This document shows, one piece after another, positions 27,349-37,312 of a DNA stretch of 64,000 nt. Each line of letters begins with the position of its first letter. Within the stretch, counting starts at the first letter, position 1. The stretch lies in IMG/VR virus record IMGVR_UViG_3300022200_000019, positions 124,001 to 188,000 of that record; one strand, given 5' to 3'. Both the position numbers and the translations under genes were made by a program. The notes beneath the pieces are model-generated. The model saw only the letters and a program-made list of their open reading frames with translations. It did not search any database and had not been told where the DNA came from.

Positions 27349-27948
27349 ATGAACTTACCCAAACGTTTATTCTTTACAGGCGTACCAGGTTCTCGGTGGA
27401 GCGGCATTGCGCAGGTGCTAGAAGCACTACCAGGATTTAATACCACAGATCGCACACCAGAACGAACATACGAACACCATGCATACACAGGGCATGTGGG
27501 TGCATATTTTGGGCGTGGCATGGAATTCCCAGCTGAGCTGGATTTAGATACAATTGATAGTGCATGGACCGATCCAGCAGCTGGTACACAGATTGTTAAA
27601 AGTCATGACTGGGCGTATAAACTCAATGAAATACGAGCTGTTGCTAAAGAAAACGGAGATTGGATAATGCTTGTTTACCGTCCCGATTTAGCGAGTCAAG
27701 CATGGTGGCACGAGGCCGGTGGATTCCAAATTAAATATCCAAACTACGGTGTATACCGAGACCATGCAGGAATGCTTGCAGAGATTGTAGCACAAAACAA
27801 GGCTATACTAAAATTTGGCCGGGACGTTCTTGCTCGTTGGGATTATTTTGATGCGTCTTGGATTGCTGCAAAGTTTGGCATTCCGATTAATGATATTCCA
27901 GACATAACACCCTGGGATGACATACTCGTATCGGTGATAAAAATATGA
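27349..27948 (+). CDS. Hypothetical protein with P-loop-like N-terminus
   Basis: FFTGVPGSRWSG, VKSH; sulfotransferase-like fold is a guess. Confidence 0.65.
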   Translation: MNLPKRLFFTGVPGSRWSGIAQVLEALPGFNTTDRTPERTYEHHAYTGHVGAYFGRGMEFPAELDLDTIDSAWTDPAAGTQIVKSHDWAYKLNEIRAVAKENGDWIMLVYRPDLASQAWWHEAGGFQIKYPNYGVYRDHAGMLAEIVAQNKAILKFGRDVLARWDYFDASWIAAKFGIPINDIPDITPWDDILVSVIKI

Positions 27949-29195
27949 AAAATATATTAATAGTTGGAGATAGCTTTGCGGCCGACTGGACAGTAAAATA
28001 TAAAGATCATTATTTAGGATGGCCAAATTTGCTAGCAACTGACTTTAACGTAACTAATTTGGCGCAAGCCGGATGCGGGGAATATAAAATTTGGTTGCAA
28101 TTAACAAGTATTGATATTAAAGATTATGACTTCATTATTGTTAGTCATACTAGTCCATCTAGAATATATGTTAAAAACCATCCAATACACAACACTGATA
28201 CATTGCACAAGAACAGCGATTTAATTTACAATGATATTGTTAATCATTCAAAAAAACACAAAGAATTAAATGTTATAGTTAAATTTTTTGAAGAATATTT
28301 TGATTTGGATCAATCTGAATTTGTGCATAAATTAATACAACAACAAATTATTGACTATATAAAAGAAAAAACAGATGCGACAATTATAGAATTGTCGCAT
28401 ATCAAAGGAAATATTATACCTAATGCACGAGACACAATACAAGCTGAATTTTTATATCATGAAAAGCGGGCTGGGTTAATTAACCATTATACGCCCGACG
28501 ACAACAAAAAAGTATTTAATATACTAAAAAGCATAATTAATGAGCCGATATTACGTAATATCTCAGCTTTCAAATTTTCATTTCGTAAATCTGCATTTGA
28601 AGGATCTGATGACAAGTTAATATTGTATGAATATAACTCTCGTGGATTTCGAGATGCAGAATGGCCAAAATCAATCAACGAACTTAAAAAATGTATATGG
28701 TGTTTTGGCGATAGCCAAACAGTCGGTGTCGGTGATGCCTATGAAAATACCTGGCCTAAATTGTTAGAAAAAAAAATTAATAAACGTTGTATTAACGTTA
28801 GCATGGTTGATGCTAGCAACGATTGGATTTTCGATAGAGTTAAAATGATCATTGATGTTATAAAACCAAAATTTATTGTAATACAATGGTCTTTTCTGCA
28901 TCGGTATGAAGAAAATGCCGAGCAAAAACACTTTTGTGCCAATGAAATACTCGAGGATGATCTACGTTTAATTGACAAATTTGAAAAACAATATGACATT
29001 ATTGAACAACTAGCAAAGAAGAATAATGTTAAAATTATACATTCGTCGGTTCCGAACGATATATTAAATAACTGTCTTGAAATAATTGTAGAAGACTTTG
29101 CTCGCGATAGTTGTCACTATGGCGTTAAAACAGCAAATACATACACAGACAATGTTATTAAAAAAATAAAAGAATATGAACAGAAAGATTTTTAA
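27945..29195 (+). CDS. Tandem SGNH/GDSL-like hydrolase domains
   Basis: IVGDSFA...NLAQAGCG and CFGDSQT...NVSMVDAS; AT-rich. Confidence 0.75.
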   Translation: MKNILIVGDSFAADWTVKYKDHYLGWPNLLATDFNVTNLAQAGCGEYKIWLQLTSIDIKDYDFIIVSHTSPSRIYVKNHPIHNTDTLHKNSDLIYNDIVNHSKKHKELNVIVKFFEEYFDLDQSEFVHKLIQQQIIDYIKEKTDATIIELSHIKGNIIPNARDTIQAEFLYHEKRAGLINHYTPDDNKKVFNILKSIINEPILRNISAFKFSFRKSAFEGSDDKLILYEYNSRGFRDAEWPKSINELKKCIWCFGDSQTVGVGDAYENTWPKLLEKKINKRCINVSMVDASNDWIFDRVKMIIDVIKPKFIVIQWSFLHRYEENAEQKHFCANEILEDDLRLIDKFEKQYDIIEQLAKKNNVKIIHSSVPNDILNNCLEIIVEDFARDSCHYGVKTANTYTDNVIKKIKEYEQKDF

Positions 29196-29883
29196 TAAAC
29201 TCTTAGAAATAGTTAAGACAAGTCCGCAACTGCTGCTTGATAACCATTTATTAGGACAGGCCATTGCTGGGGAATTCAACGTTAAATTGGATGTTGTTAA
29301 CATCGACATTATTAAATTGGTTAACCAAATTGAAGAAGCTGTATTAGAACAATACTTCTCAAGGACATGGCAGCCCGAAACTAAAAAGTACAAGTATAGC
29401 GGACTAGCTATCATTGATCAAGTAAACTCGCTGAATCCAGATGCAGTACTTGACGCTGGCTGTGGATATAACGAGTTTAAAGGGAAGATTCAAAATTTAA
29501 CAGGCATCGATCCGTATAATGATCGTGCTGACATTAACGCACATATTTTAGACTACAAAACTGATGTAGAATACGATGTTGTTATTTGTTTAGGTAGTAT
29601 CAACTTCGGCACAGCTGATAAGATTTTTCAAGAAGTGCAGAAAGTGGTTAAATTAACTAAACCAGGCGGCTTAATTATCTTTCGCGTAAATCCTGGTATT
29701 CAACACGTTGCTAGAGAAAGTAAATGGATTGATTTTTTTGAGTGGGACATACCGTTCATTTTGAACGTAGCATATGCATTAAATTGTTCGGTAAAAGAAT
29801 TACACACAGATACATCACAAGATAAAAATCAGACATTGCTCAATGGCGAACGTTTATATTTTGTACTAGAAAAACAGCACTAA
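29176..29883 (+). CDS. Class I SAM-dependent methyltransferase
   Basis: VLDAGCGYN, GIDP, YDVVICLGSINF, LTKPGG. Confidence 0.85.
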   Translation: MNRKIFNKLLEIVKTSPQLLLDNHLLGQAIAGEFNVKLDVVNIDIIKLVNQIEEAVLEQYFSRTWQPETKKYKYSGLAIIDQVNSLNPDAVLDAGCGYNEFKGKIQNLTGIDPYNDRADINAHILDYKTDVEYDVVICLGSINFGTADKIFQEVQKVVKLTKPGGLIIFRVNPGIQHVARESKWIDFFEWDIPFILNVAYALNCSVKELHTDTSQDKNQTLLNGERLYFVLEKQH

Positions 29884-29976
29884 ATACCTCAAAACAACGA
29901 GTGTTGTTTGTTTCTTTGAATAAAAATTGCTGATAGCGATTGCTCTATGTATTAACATATGTCATAATAGGAAATC

Positions 29977-31434
29977 ATGTCACCTGATCATATCCTTTGG
30001 TTAATAGCTGGTATTATTTACGGACTGGTAGTAGGTATTATTCCTGTTGCTGGCGCAACAACCGGCTTGATTACAGTATTTTCATTTATTGGTATCTTTC
30101 AATACGGCGATCCTTATGCCGGGGTAGTATTCACTACAGCGTTAGTCGCAGCAAGTGCCATTGGCGATTCGTTCGCCAGCGTAGTAATGAATATCCCAGG
30201 TGCCAATGGTAGTGCCGCTACAATGATTGATGGATTTCCACTAGCACGTAAAGGTAAAGGAGCATATGCTCTATCCTCTGCAATTACTACGAGCACAATT
30301 AACGGCTTATTATGGGGAGTAATAGTATTTTATATGCTGCCATATTACGGAAGTCTAATGATGATACTAGGAGTTCCGGAAATATTTGGGTTAATGATAT
30401 TGGCATTAACGTGCATTGTATTCCTAAACAATCAGTATTGGGTGCGTGGTATAATTGCTATTGCATTGGGTATATTCTTAGGCTTAGTGGGAACAGACCC
30501 AGATACAAATGCAGCACGTTGGACAGGTGGCTGGTTCTATTTAGAAGATGGCATTCAAATAATGGCGCTACTATCTGGACTGTTAGCATTTCCTGAACTA
30601 ATTGAAGGATTACGCAATCATGGTAAACCAACCCCGCTTACCTCAAGAACACAATGGGGGCAAGTATGGGATGGTATTAAGGACAGTTGGCGCTATCGCT
30701 GGTTAGGCTTTAGAGGCGGTGTAGTTGGTGCTATTGTAGGCGCACTTCCTGGTTTAGGCGGCAATATTGCTGACTGGATGGCTTACGCACAAACAACAGC
30801 TACTTGTAAAAATGAAAAAATTCCGTTTGGTCAAGGAAATATTAAAGGTGTTATTGGTTGTGAGGGTGCCAACAATGCACATAAAGCAACCGCATATTTG
30901 CCGACTGTTTTGTTTGGTATTCCCGGTGCTCCGTTTGCCGCCGTAGTACTGGGACTGTTTTCATATCTCGGTTTTGAACTAGGTTCTATTAGCCTATTAG
31001 ATGACAAACAATTTTTTGAAAGTCTTACTGCCGGTTATATGTGGGCATTGGTACTCACTTTCCCTGTTGCATTATTAACTATACGTTGGTTAACAATGAT
31101 GACTCAATTACCGTTTAAGTATTTCTTTTGGCCTATTCTAGCAACTATTGTTTGGGCAAGCGTACAATACACAGGTGGGTGGGAAGATTATGCTGTATTA
31201 GTTATTTTTACGATATTAGGTTTATTCTTACGCAAATACAAGTTTAGTCGTCCGGCTCTTGTTATTGGCTTTATTTTATCCGACAAAATCGAAGCACTAT
31301 ATAAACAAGTGAGTGTTCTTTATACGCCAGAACAGTTGATCTCTCGTCCAGGATTTGTTATAATACTCGTGTTAACTGTGATTGCACTAGTATATGGACT
31401 GTTCTTTCACAAAAACAAAATTGAATTCACTTAA
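29977..31434 (+). CDS. Tripartite tricarboxylate transporter permease (TctA-like)
   Basis: NIPGANGSAATMIDGFPLA, LGLVGTDP, GNIKGVIGCEGANNA, LFGIPG; many TM helices. Confidence 0.9.
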   Translation: MSPDHILWLIAGIIYGLVVGIIPVAGATTGLITVFSFIGIFQYGDPYAGVVFTTALVAASAIGDSFASVVMNIPGANGSAATMIDGFPLARKGKGAYALSSAITTSTINGLLWGVIVFYMLPYYGSLMMILGVPEIFGLMILALTCIVFLNNQYWVRGIIAIALGIFLGLVGTDPDTNAARWTGGWFYLEDGIQIMALLSGLLAFPELIEGLRNHGKPTPLTSRTQWGQVWDGIKDSWRYRWLGFRGGVVGAIVGALPGLGGNIADWMAYAQTTATCKNEKIPFGQGNIKGVIGCEGANNAHKATAYLPTVLFGIPGAPFAAVVLGLFSYLGFELGSISLLDDKQFFESLTAGYMWALVLTFPVALLTIRWLTMMTQLPFKYFFWPILATIVWASVQYTGGWEDYAVLVIFTILGLFLRKYKFSRPALVIGFILSDKIEALYKQVSVLYTPEQLISRPGFVIILVLTVIALVYGLFFHKNKIEFT

Positions 31435-31443
31435 GGAGAAACT

Positions 31444-32613
31444 ATGAAAAAGTGGTTGGCCGCAATGGCTATGTTTGTCGCGTTACCTGCGAGCGCAACA
31501 TATACAATGATTATTCCGCAGGAAGCAGGCGGCGGTACTAGTGTATGGGCTAGTATTATTGCTAAACATCTCGAAAAGCATCTAGGTGAAGAGATTGTAT
31601 TACAGCACATTCCGGGTGCTCGCGATATTCCAGCATTTAACAAATTTCACAATGAACTACAGAACGATGACAAAACTATTATGGTAAGTCATGGTGGCAA
31701 TGCTGAAAGTTACCTCATTGAGGAAGTTGATTACAACTACAAGGAATATGAGCCTATTGGCGGTATGAATCTGTCAATTGTAACTGCTGGTCGCACAGGC
31801 ACTGATCCAACCAAGGATCCAATCCGCTTTAGTTCTGGTTCAGGAAATAACCCGGATGTAATGGCATTTACATTGCTTGCGTGCGGTGAGTTGCCTACAA
31901 TTGATGATTATGTTGCGTGTTTTAAAGATAAAGTTACATTTGTTAAGGGCATGAAATCTGGTGATCGTCGTCTTGCATTTATGCGTGGTGAACTAAATGC
32001 TACTCGCGAATCAACCGCTGCGTTTATTAAGCACGTCCAGCCATTGATTGATAAAGGCGAAGCAGAACTTTGGTTCAGTCACGGTGTACTTGATCTTGAA
32101 ACTGGCTTAGTTATGCCCGACGACAACTATTCCGTTGGTAGTTTTGATCAATACTATTTCCAGAAGTACAGTAAAAACCCAAGTGGTCCGTTGTACGATG
32201 CATACATCCTTGTAAAGCAGTATCGCGATGCACTACAGAAAGCACTATGGATGCGTAAAGGTAACCCAAATGCGCCAGCAGTTAAGGCTGCACTTGTAGC
32301 AATGCTTGCTGATCCAGAAGCACAGGCTGCTATTGAAAAGAAAGCAGGTAAGTATGGCTGGAATGTTGGCCCAGATTTGCTCAAAGCTGTAGACATTCTA
32401 AGTAACTTAACCAAGCGTCAAGCACTACAGGATCTTGTTCAATTCCAAGCTGAGGCACTTGGTGTTAAGGCTGTGTACAAAGCAGACATCACTGTGGATG
32501 CCAACGCTGCTGAACGTATGGTGAACAATACCTCACGCAGATTAGACCAAGCAGAAGAATCCTCTCTTAGTGCAACTGATCGTGCAATTAAATGGGTTAA
32601 AGACTTGTTCTAA
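31444..32613 (+). CDS. Periplasmic solute-binding protein (TctC/Bug-like)
   Basis: Signal peptide, IIPQEAGGGTSVW, IPG motif; adjacent to tctA-like gene. Confidence 0.7.
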   Translation: MKKWLAAMAMFVALPASATYTMIIPQEAGGGTSVWASIIAKHLEKHLGEEIVLQHIPGARDIPAFNKFHNELQNDDKTIMVSHGGNAESYLIEEVDYNYKEYEPIGGMNLSIVTAGRTGTDPTKDPIRFSSGSGNNPDVMAFTLLACGELPTIDDYVACFKDKVTFVKGMKSGDRRLAFMRGELNATRESTAAFIKHVQPLIDKGEAELWFSHGVLDLETGLVMPDDNYSVGSFDQYYFQKYSKNPSGPLYDAYILVKQYRDALQKALWMRKGNPNAPAVKAALVAMLADPEAQAAIEKKAGKYGWNVGPDLLKAVDILSNLTKRQALQDLVQFQAEALGVKAVYKADITVDANAAERMVNNTSRRLDQAEESSLSATDRAIKWVKDLF

Positions 32614-32970
32614 ATGGAATTGCTACTAACAAACGCAATTTATGTATCATATCGTTTGTTAGTTAGCGGGCCAATAGTTCGTACATTAAACAGGTATCTT
32701 ACGTATTACTTGGCTGTGTTTGTAATGGCACAGTTAAGTTTTGCGTATGATACCTTCGTCTTTGGATACTATTTTAATGCTCAGGAATTACCCCACATAT
32801 TAGATTACTTGTATTCTGATTTATTGTACACGTTACGAGTTATTGCTGCTTGGTGGGTAATTAAGCAATTATGGAATTGGATTGGCAACTATTGGATAGC
32901 GGTATTCTTAGGTGCTGAATTAACTTTTGTAACAGACTATTTCATTTTTAAAGATTTATTTGTAGGCTAA
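32614..32970 (+). CDS. Small multi-TM protein (possible TctB analogue)
   Basis: 118 aa, mostly hydrophobic; follows the binding protein. Confidence 0.6.
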   Translation: MELLLTNAIYVSYRLLVSGPIVRTLNRYLTYYLAVFVMAQLSFAYDTFVFGYYFNAQELPHILDYLYSDLLYTLRVIAAWWVIKQLWNWIGNYWIAVFLGAELTFVTDYFIFKDLFVG

Positions 32971-33104
32971 ATACATTTGGTATCGCAAGATACTATCCAT
33001 TTTGTGTTTGAATTATTTACAACAACGAGTGTTGTTGGTCTTTAGAGTTAAAGTCTTTTAAATAAGACAAACATTCACATTTTAAACATAAAGAGGATAT
33101 TCAA

Positions 33105-33788
33105 ATGTCATTTAACGCAAAAGCCTACGTGGCACAAGTTAAGGCGGATAATGCAGAACTATTTGCTGCTAGCCGTGAAAACGCAAAAAACTACTTCACT
33201 AGCAACCCTTCAAAAGAAGAATTAGTAGATCACTTCGTTGGTCGTATGGTTAATGAGCGTATGAACATGGTTGAAATTTCAAACCGTGTTGCTTCTATGC
33301 CAGCCGATACTAGCCCAGAAGAATTAGAAATGCTATCAAAGCAAGCCTTTGACGAAGCAGTTCACTTCAAGCTAGTTAAAGAAGTTATCGAACACATTGC
33401 CGGTGGTGAAATCAATGTTGCTGAAAAGATTGAATCGGCAGCAGGCGCAGAAGTTGCAGAAGGTAACTACGCTAAGGGTGCTACCCTACTAGCTAAGTAC
33501 GAAGCATCTACTGATCCAGTTTCACTAGCACTATATCAGCTAATTGCTGAAGGCCGTGCTGAGCAAGTTTGGGACGAAATGGCTAACTGCATCGAAGATA
33601 CATACGTATCTAGCCGTTATGCAAAGATCGCTCGTGACGAAGGTTTCCACAGCAACATCGGTGCTTGGAAGCTAGAAAAAATGCTAGAAGCTAACCCAGC
33701 TCTAGTTGCCCGTGTTGAAGAATTAGCACCACAAATGCGTGCTGACCTAATGCACATCAGCAACGAGAATACTGCTCTAGCAGCATAA
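33105..33788 (+). CDS. Ferritin-like di-iron protein
   Basis: Two ExxH motifs (DEAVH, DEGFH) plus NERMN, IAEGR; strongly biased codons. Confidence 0.75.
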   Translation: MSFNAKAYVAQVKADNAELFAASRENAKNYFTSNPSKEELVDHFVGRMVNERMNMVEISNRVASMPADTSPEELEMLSKQAFDEAVHFKLVKEVIEHIAGGEINVAEKIESAAGAEVAEGNYAKGATLLAKYEASTDPVSLALYQLIAEGRAEQVWDEMANCIEDTYVSSRYAKIARDEGFHSNIGAWKLEKMLEANPALVARVEELAPQMRADLMHISNENTALAA

Positions 33789-34327
33789 TGAATATTGGAC
33801 TCACTCAACGAGTCTTAGTTCATAACCAACAAGCGTATGACTCAATAGATCAAGCGTGGTATCGCTACCTAGAGGGTCATACGCTTTCTTTTATTCCTAA
33901 TAGAACAGATCAAGACTTTAAGCAATTAGCAGACACACTAGACTGTCTTATAATTACCGGCGGCGACGATAGTCCACTGCGACGTATAACCGAATTAAAA
34001 ATAGCAACAGAAATGATGAAACAGCAAAAACCTATATTAGGCGTTTGTCATGGAGCATTTTTGTTACAAGATGTGTTAGGCGGAAAAATCAAATCTGTCA
34101 ATGGCCATTATGATACAGAGCATACAGTATATTATAACAATCAAGAATTTACAGTTAACAGTTACCATACATTGAGCATTGAATCAGCACATGGAAAAAC
34201 ACTAGTTGTCGATTCCAATAATAATGCCGAAGCATGGATAGATGGCAATATTGCTGGTATTGTATGGCATCCTGAACGTATGGAACAACCTTGGCTACCA
34301 AATGAAATTTTTAAATTAATATTTTAA
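33788..34327 (+). CDS. Class I glutamine amidotransferase / PuuD-like (peptidase C26)
   Basis: LIITGG, GVCHG, VNSYH, WHPE. Confidence 0.9.
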   Translation: MNIGLTQRVLVHNQQAYDSIDQAWYRYLEGHTLSFIPNRTDQDFKQLADTLDCLIITGGDDSPLRRITELKIATEMMKQQKPILGVCHGAFLLQDVLGGKIKSVNGHYDTEHTVYYNNQEFTVNSYHTLSIESAHGKTLVVDSNNNAEAWIDGNIAGIVWHPERMEQPWLPNEIFKLIF

Positions 34328-34336
34328 CATCCCGTC

Positions 34337-34365
34337 TTGACGCATGATATATACTAATGTATAAT
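34337..34365 (+). promoter_or_regulatory. Sigma70-type promoter of amt
   Basis: TTGACG-17 bp-TATAAT. Confidence 0.85.
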
Positions 34366-34431
34366 GACAATCATAAGTGAGTTATTATACACTTATAAAC
34401 GTAAGACAATTTAATATTAAGGAGTTTTTAT

Positions 34432-35586
34432 ATGGAATTAGGCTATGCCTTAAACACCTTCTACTTCCTCATGTCAGCGGTGCTGGTTATGTGGATGGCA
34501 GCAGGTTTCACTATGTTGGAAGCAGGTAGTGTTCGAGTAAAGAATGTTACTGAAATCCTTGTTAAGAATGTTTCGCTTTATGCAGTAGCATCTCTTACAT
34601 ATCTTTTCTTAGGTTATGAACTAATGTACGGTTGGAGCCAGCCTGAAGATCACGCCATGATGAGTGATTTCTTCTTCCAGGTTGTGTTTGTAGCAACCGC
34701 AATGTCGGTTGTATCAGGTGCAGTTGCTGAACGAAAGAAACTTTGGTCTTTCTTGGTCTTTGCAGCAGTTTTCACCGCAGTCATTTATCCAATCCAAGGT
34801 TCTTGGTCTTGGGGCGGCGGCTGGTTGTCTGAAGCAGGATTTTTTGACTTTGCCGGTTCAGGTATTGTACACATGGCAGGTGCAGCAGCAGCATTAGCAG
34901 CAGTATTGCTAATTGGTCCACGTGCCGGTAAGTACGTTGATGGCAAGCCAGTAGCAATTCATGGATCTAACAGTGGTCAAGTAGCACTGGGTATGTTGAT
35001 TCTTTGGATGGGTTGGTTTGGGTTCAACGGTGGTTCTCAGTTGTCTATCATTGGTAACGAAAACGCAGATGCAGTTGCTCAAATCTTTGTAAACACAAAT
35101 ACAGCGGCAGCAGCAGGTTTGATTGTTGCTATGTTGTTGTCTAAGTTGTGGACTGGTAAGACTGCTCTTAACGCAACAGTAAATGGTGCATTGGCAGGTT
35201 TGGTTGTTATTACTGCTGACCCACTTACACCTTCTGCTGAAATGGCAGCACTATACGGTGGACTTGGTGGTTTGATTGTAGTGCCAGCAATGTCTCTGCT
35301 TGAAAAGTGGGGTATTGATGATCCAGTGGGTGCTATCTCGGTTCATGGTGTCGCAGGTATTCTAGGTCTGCTACTTGTTCCTGTACTTAACGCCGATGCT
35401 ACTCTAATGGCACAGTTGATCGGTACTGGCGCAATCTTTGGATTCGTATTTGTTGCTTCATTGATTGTATGGACAGTTTTGAAGTACACAATTGGCATTC
35501 GTGTCGGCGAAGAAGAAGAGCTTGCTGGTTCAGATATGTGGGAAGGCACAGGCGCTGCTTATCCTGACTTTATGAATAACAAGTAA
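34432..35586 (+). CDS. amt: Ammonium transporter
   Basis: GFTMLEAG, GAVAER, DFAGSGIVH, WFGFNGGS, DDPVGAISVHG (both His present). Confidence 0.97.
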   Translation: MELGYALNTFYFLMSAVLVMWMAAGFTMLEAGSVRVKNVTEILVKNVSLYAVASLTYLFLGYELMYGWSQPEDHAMMSDFFFQVVFVATAMSVVSGAVAERKKLWSFLVFAAVFTAVIYPIQGSWSWGGGWLSEAGFFDFAGSGIVHMAGAAAALAAVLLIGPRAGKYVDGKPVAIHGSNSGQVALGMLILWMGWFGFNGGSQLSIIGNENADAVAQIFVNTNTAAAAGLIVAMLLSKLWTGKTALNATVNGALAGLVVITADPLTPSAEMAALYGGLGGLIVVPAMSLLEKWGIDDPVGAISVHGVAGILGLLLVPVLNADATLMAQLIGTGAIFGFVFVASLIVWTVLKYTIGIRVGEEEELAGSDMWEGTGAAYPDFMNNK

Positions 35587-35607
35587 ACACAAATCTTACG
35601 TTGCATC

Positions 35608-35632
35608 AAAGCAGCCTTCGGGCTGCTTTTTT
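35608..35632 (+). terminator. Rho-independent terminator
   Basis: AAAGCAGCC-TTCG-GGCTGCTTT followed by a T run. Confidence 0.9.
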
Positions 35633-35644
35633 ATTGGTAAACCT

Positions 35645-35688
35645 TGTAACAAAAATTTAACAAAAGTGTAATAAAACGGTAACGGTTT
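35645..35688 (+). promoter_or_regulatory. Pho-box-like array (4 x 11-bp direct repeats) upstream of pstS
   Basis: TGTAACAAAAA/TTTAACAAAAG/TGTAATAAAAC/GGTAACGGTTT in exact 11-bp register. Confidence 0.7.
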
Positions 35689-35729
35689 TATGTTTAAATA
35701 ATGTTGATAAAACAAGGAGAAAAGAAGCA

Positions 35730-36686
35730 ATGAAAAGACTAATTGCGTTTTTTGCCGCACTGGCAATTAGCACAAGTGCTTTCGCAGGGGCGAAAGTAGA
35801 CACACAGTTACCAAACTATCATAAAGTTTCAGGTGTTAGTGGTAATTTAAACTCGGTGGGCTCAGATACATTAGCAAATTTAATGACTATGTGGGCTGAG
35901 GAATTTCGTAAAATATATCCTAATGTTAACATTGGTATTCAAGCAGCGGGATCAAGCACTGCCCCGCCAGCACTAACTGAAGGAACTTCAAATGTTGGTC
36001 CAATGAGTCGTAAGATGAAGGATAAAGAACTACAAGCATTTGAGGCAAAGTATGGATATAAACCAACTGCTATTCCTGTTGCTATTGATGCGTTAGCAGT
36101 ATTTGTTAACAAGGACAATCCTATTAAAGGATTAACGATTGCTGAAGTTGACGCAATCTTCTCAAGCACAAGAAAGTGCGGTGCTAAACAAGACGCAATT
36201 AAATGGGGCGATGTAGGGTTAACTGGCTCCTGGACAAATCGCACAATTCAATTGTATGGTCGTAATTCTGTATCTGGCACCTACGGCTACTTTAAGAAAA
36301 AAGCACTTTGTAAAGGGGATTACAAAAATGATGTAAATGAACAACCAGGTTCAGCATCTGTAGTACAAAGTGTCACAGGTAGTATAAATGGCATTGGTTA
36401 CTCAGGTATGGGTTACAAGACTTCTGGTGTAAAAACTGTTCCATTAAGCAAGAAAGGCGGTCCATACGTGGACGCAACACCTGAAAATGCATTAAATGGT
36501 TCATACCCACTGGCACGTTTTTTATACATTTATGTAAACAAGGCTCCTAATAAGCCGTTAGATCCAATGACATACGAATTTATTCGTATGGTTCTATCCA
36601 AGCAAGGACAAACAGTTGTAGTCAAAGATGGCTATGTTCCGTTACCTGCTGATATGGCTGAGAAATTATTGAAAACTGTTCAATGA
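35730..36686 (+). CDS. pstS: Phosphate ABC transporter substrate-binding protein
   Basis: Signal peptide; [48 protein letters not shown]. Confidence 0.95.
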   Translation: MKRLIAFFAALAISTSAFAGAKVDTQLPNYHKVSGVSGNLNSVGSDTLANLMTMWAEEFRKIYPNVNIGIQAAGSSTAPPALTEGTSNVGPMSRKMKDKELQAFEAKYGYKPTAIPVAIDALAVFVNKDNPIKGLTIAEVDAIFSSTRKCGAKQDAIKWGDVGLTGSWTNRTIQLYGRNSVSGTYGYFKKKALCKGDYKNDVNEQPGSASVVQSVTGSINGIGYSGMGYKTSGVKTVPLSKKGGPYVDATPENALNGSYPLARFLYIYVNKAPNKPLDPMTYEFIRMVLSKQGQTVVVKDGYVPLPADMAEKLLKTVQ

Positions 36687-36712
36687 TAACTATCTAGACT
36701 GCAACAAAAATT

Positions 36713-36738
36713 AAAGCAGCCTTCGGGCTGCTTTTTTT
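36713..36738 (+). terminator. Rho-independent terminator identical to the one at 35608
   Basis: AAAGCAGCCTTCGGGCTGCTTTTTTT; T-tract overlaps TATAAATA (36738-36745). Confidence 0.9.
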
Positions 36739-36750
36739 ATAAATAGTATT

Positions 36751-37311
36751 ATGGATAAAGATTTTTTCAAAGACGATAAGGCATATTGGCAGATTGCTGA
36801 TGAAGTTAAAGGCATTTATCTGAGTGATGGCTCAATGGCAAGTTTAATTGACTTTGAGCGTGTATTAGATGAAGTAGACATCTACGCTTTTGCTAACTGG
36901 GAAGATGGCGAACTTGTTAAAGGCCCAGACATCGGACGTTATAAAGTAACTTGTACTTTTATGTGGCCAGAGCGTATGATGCCTGATCCACGTGGTGCTA
37001 AACGTTTATTACCGTTTGACTGCGATGTATCGTTTTTGAAAACTGTTCTACAAGTTCCTGCTAAAGTTAAATCGTATGATGACTTTAAGCCCGGTACTAA
37101 AAAACCAAAAATGATTGACATGCCAGTATGGCTTGTTGAAATCACTATGCCAAAGGATCTAATGTCAGATATTCGCACTGGTTCAATTGAACTAGAAGGT
37201 CAGGATATTGATCTAGAAGATCTGGACGCAGCATACGAACAAGACTTAGATCAACAAGAAACTCAAGACATCGAAACACAAGAAGAAGCAGACGAAGCAT
37301 TTGCAGGTTAA
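36751..37311 (+). CDS. Conserved jumbo-phage hypothetical protein
   Basis: 186 aa; TATAAATA 5 nt upstream; acidic tail. Confidence 0.8.
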   Translation: MDKDFFKDDKAYWQIADEVKGIYLSDGSMASLIDFERVLDEVDIYAFANWEDGELVKGPDIGRYKVTCTFMWPERMMPDPRGAKRLLPFDCDVSFLKTVLQVPAKVKSYDDFKPGTKKPKMIDMPVWLVEITMPKDLMSDIRTGSIELEGQDIDLEDLDAAYEQDLDQQETQDIETQEEADEAFAG

Positions 37312-37312
37312 T

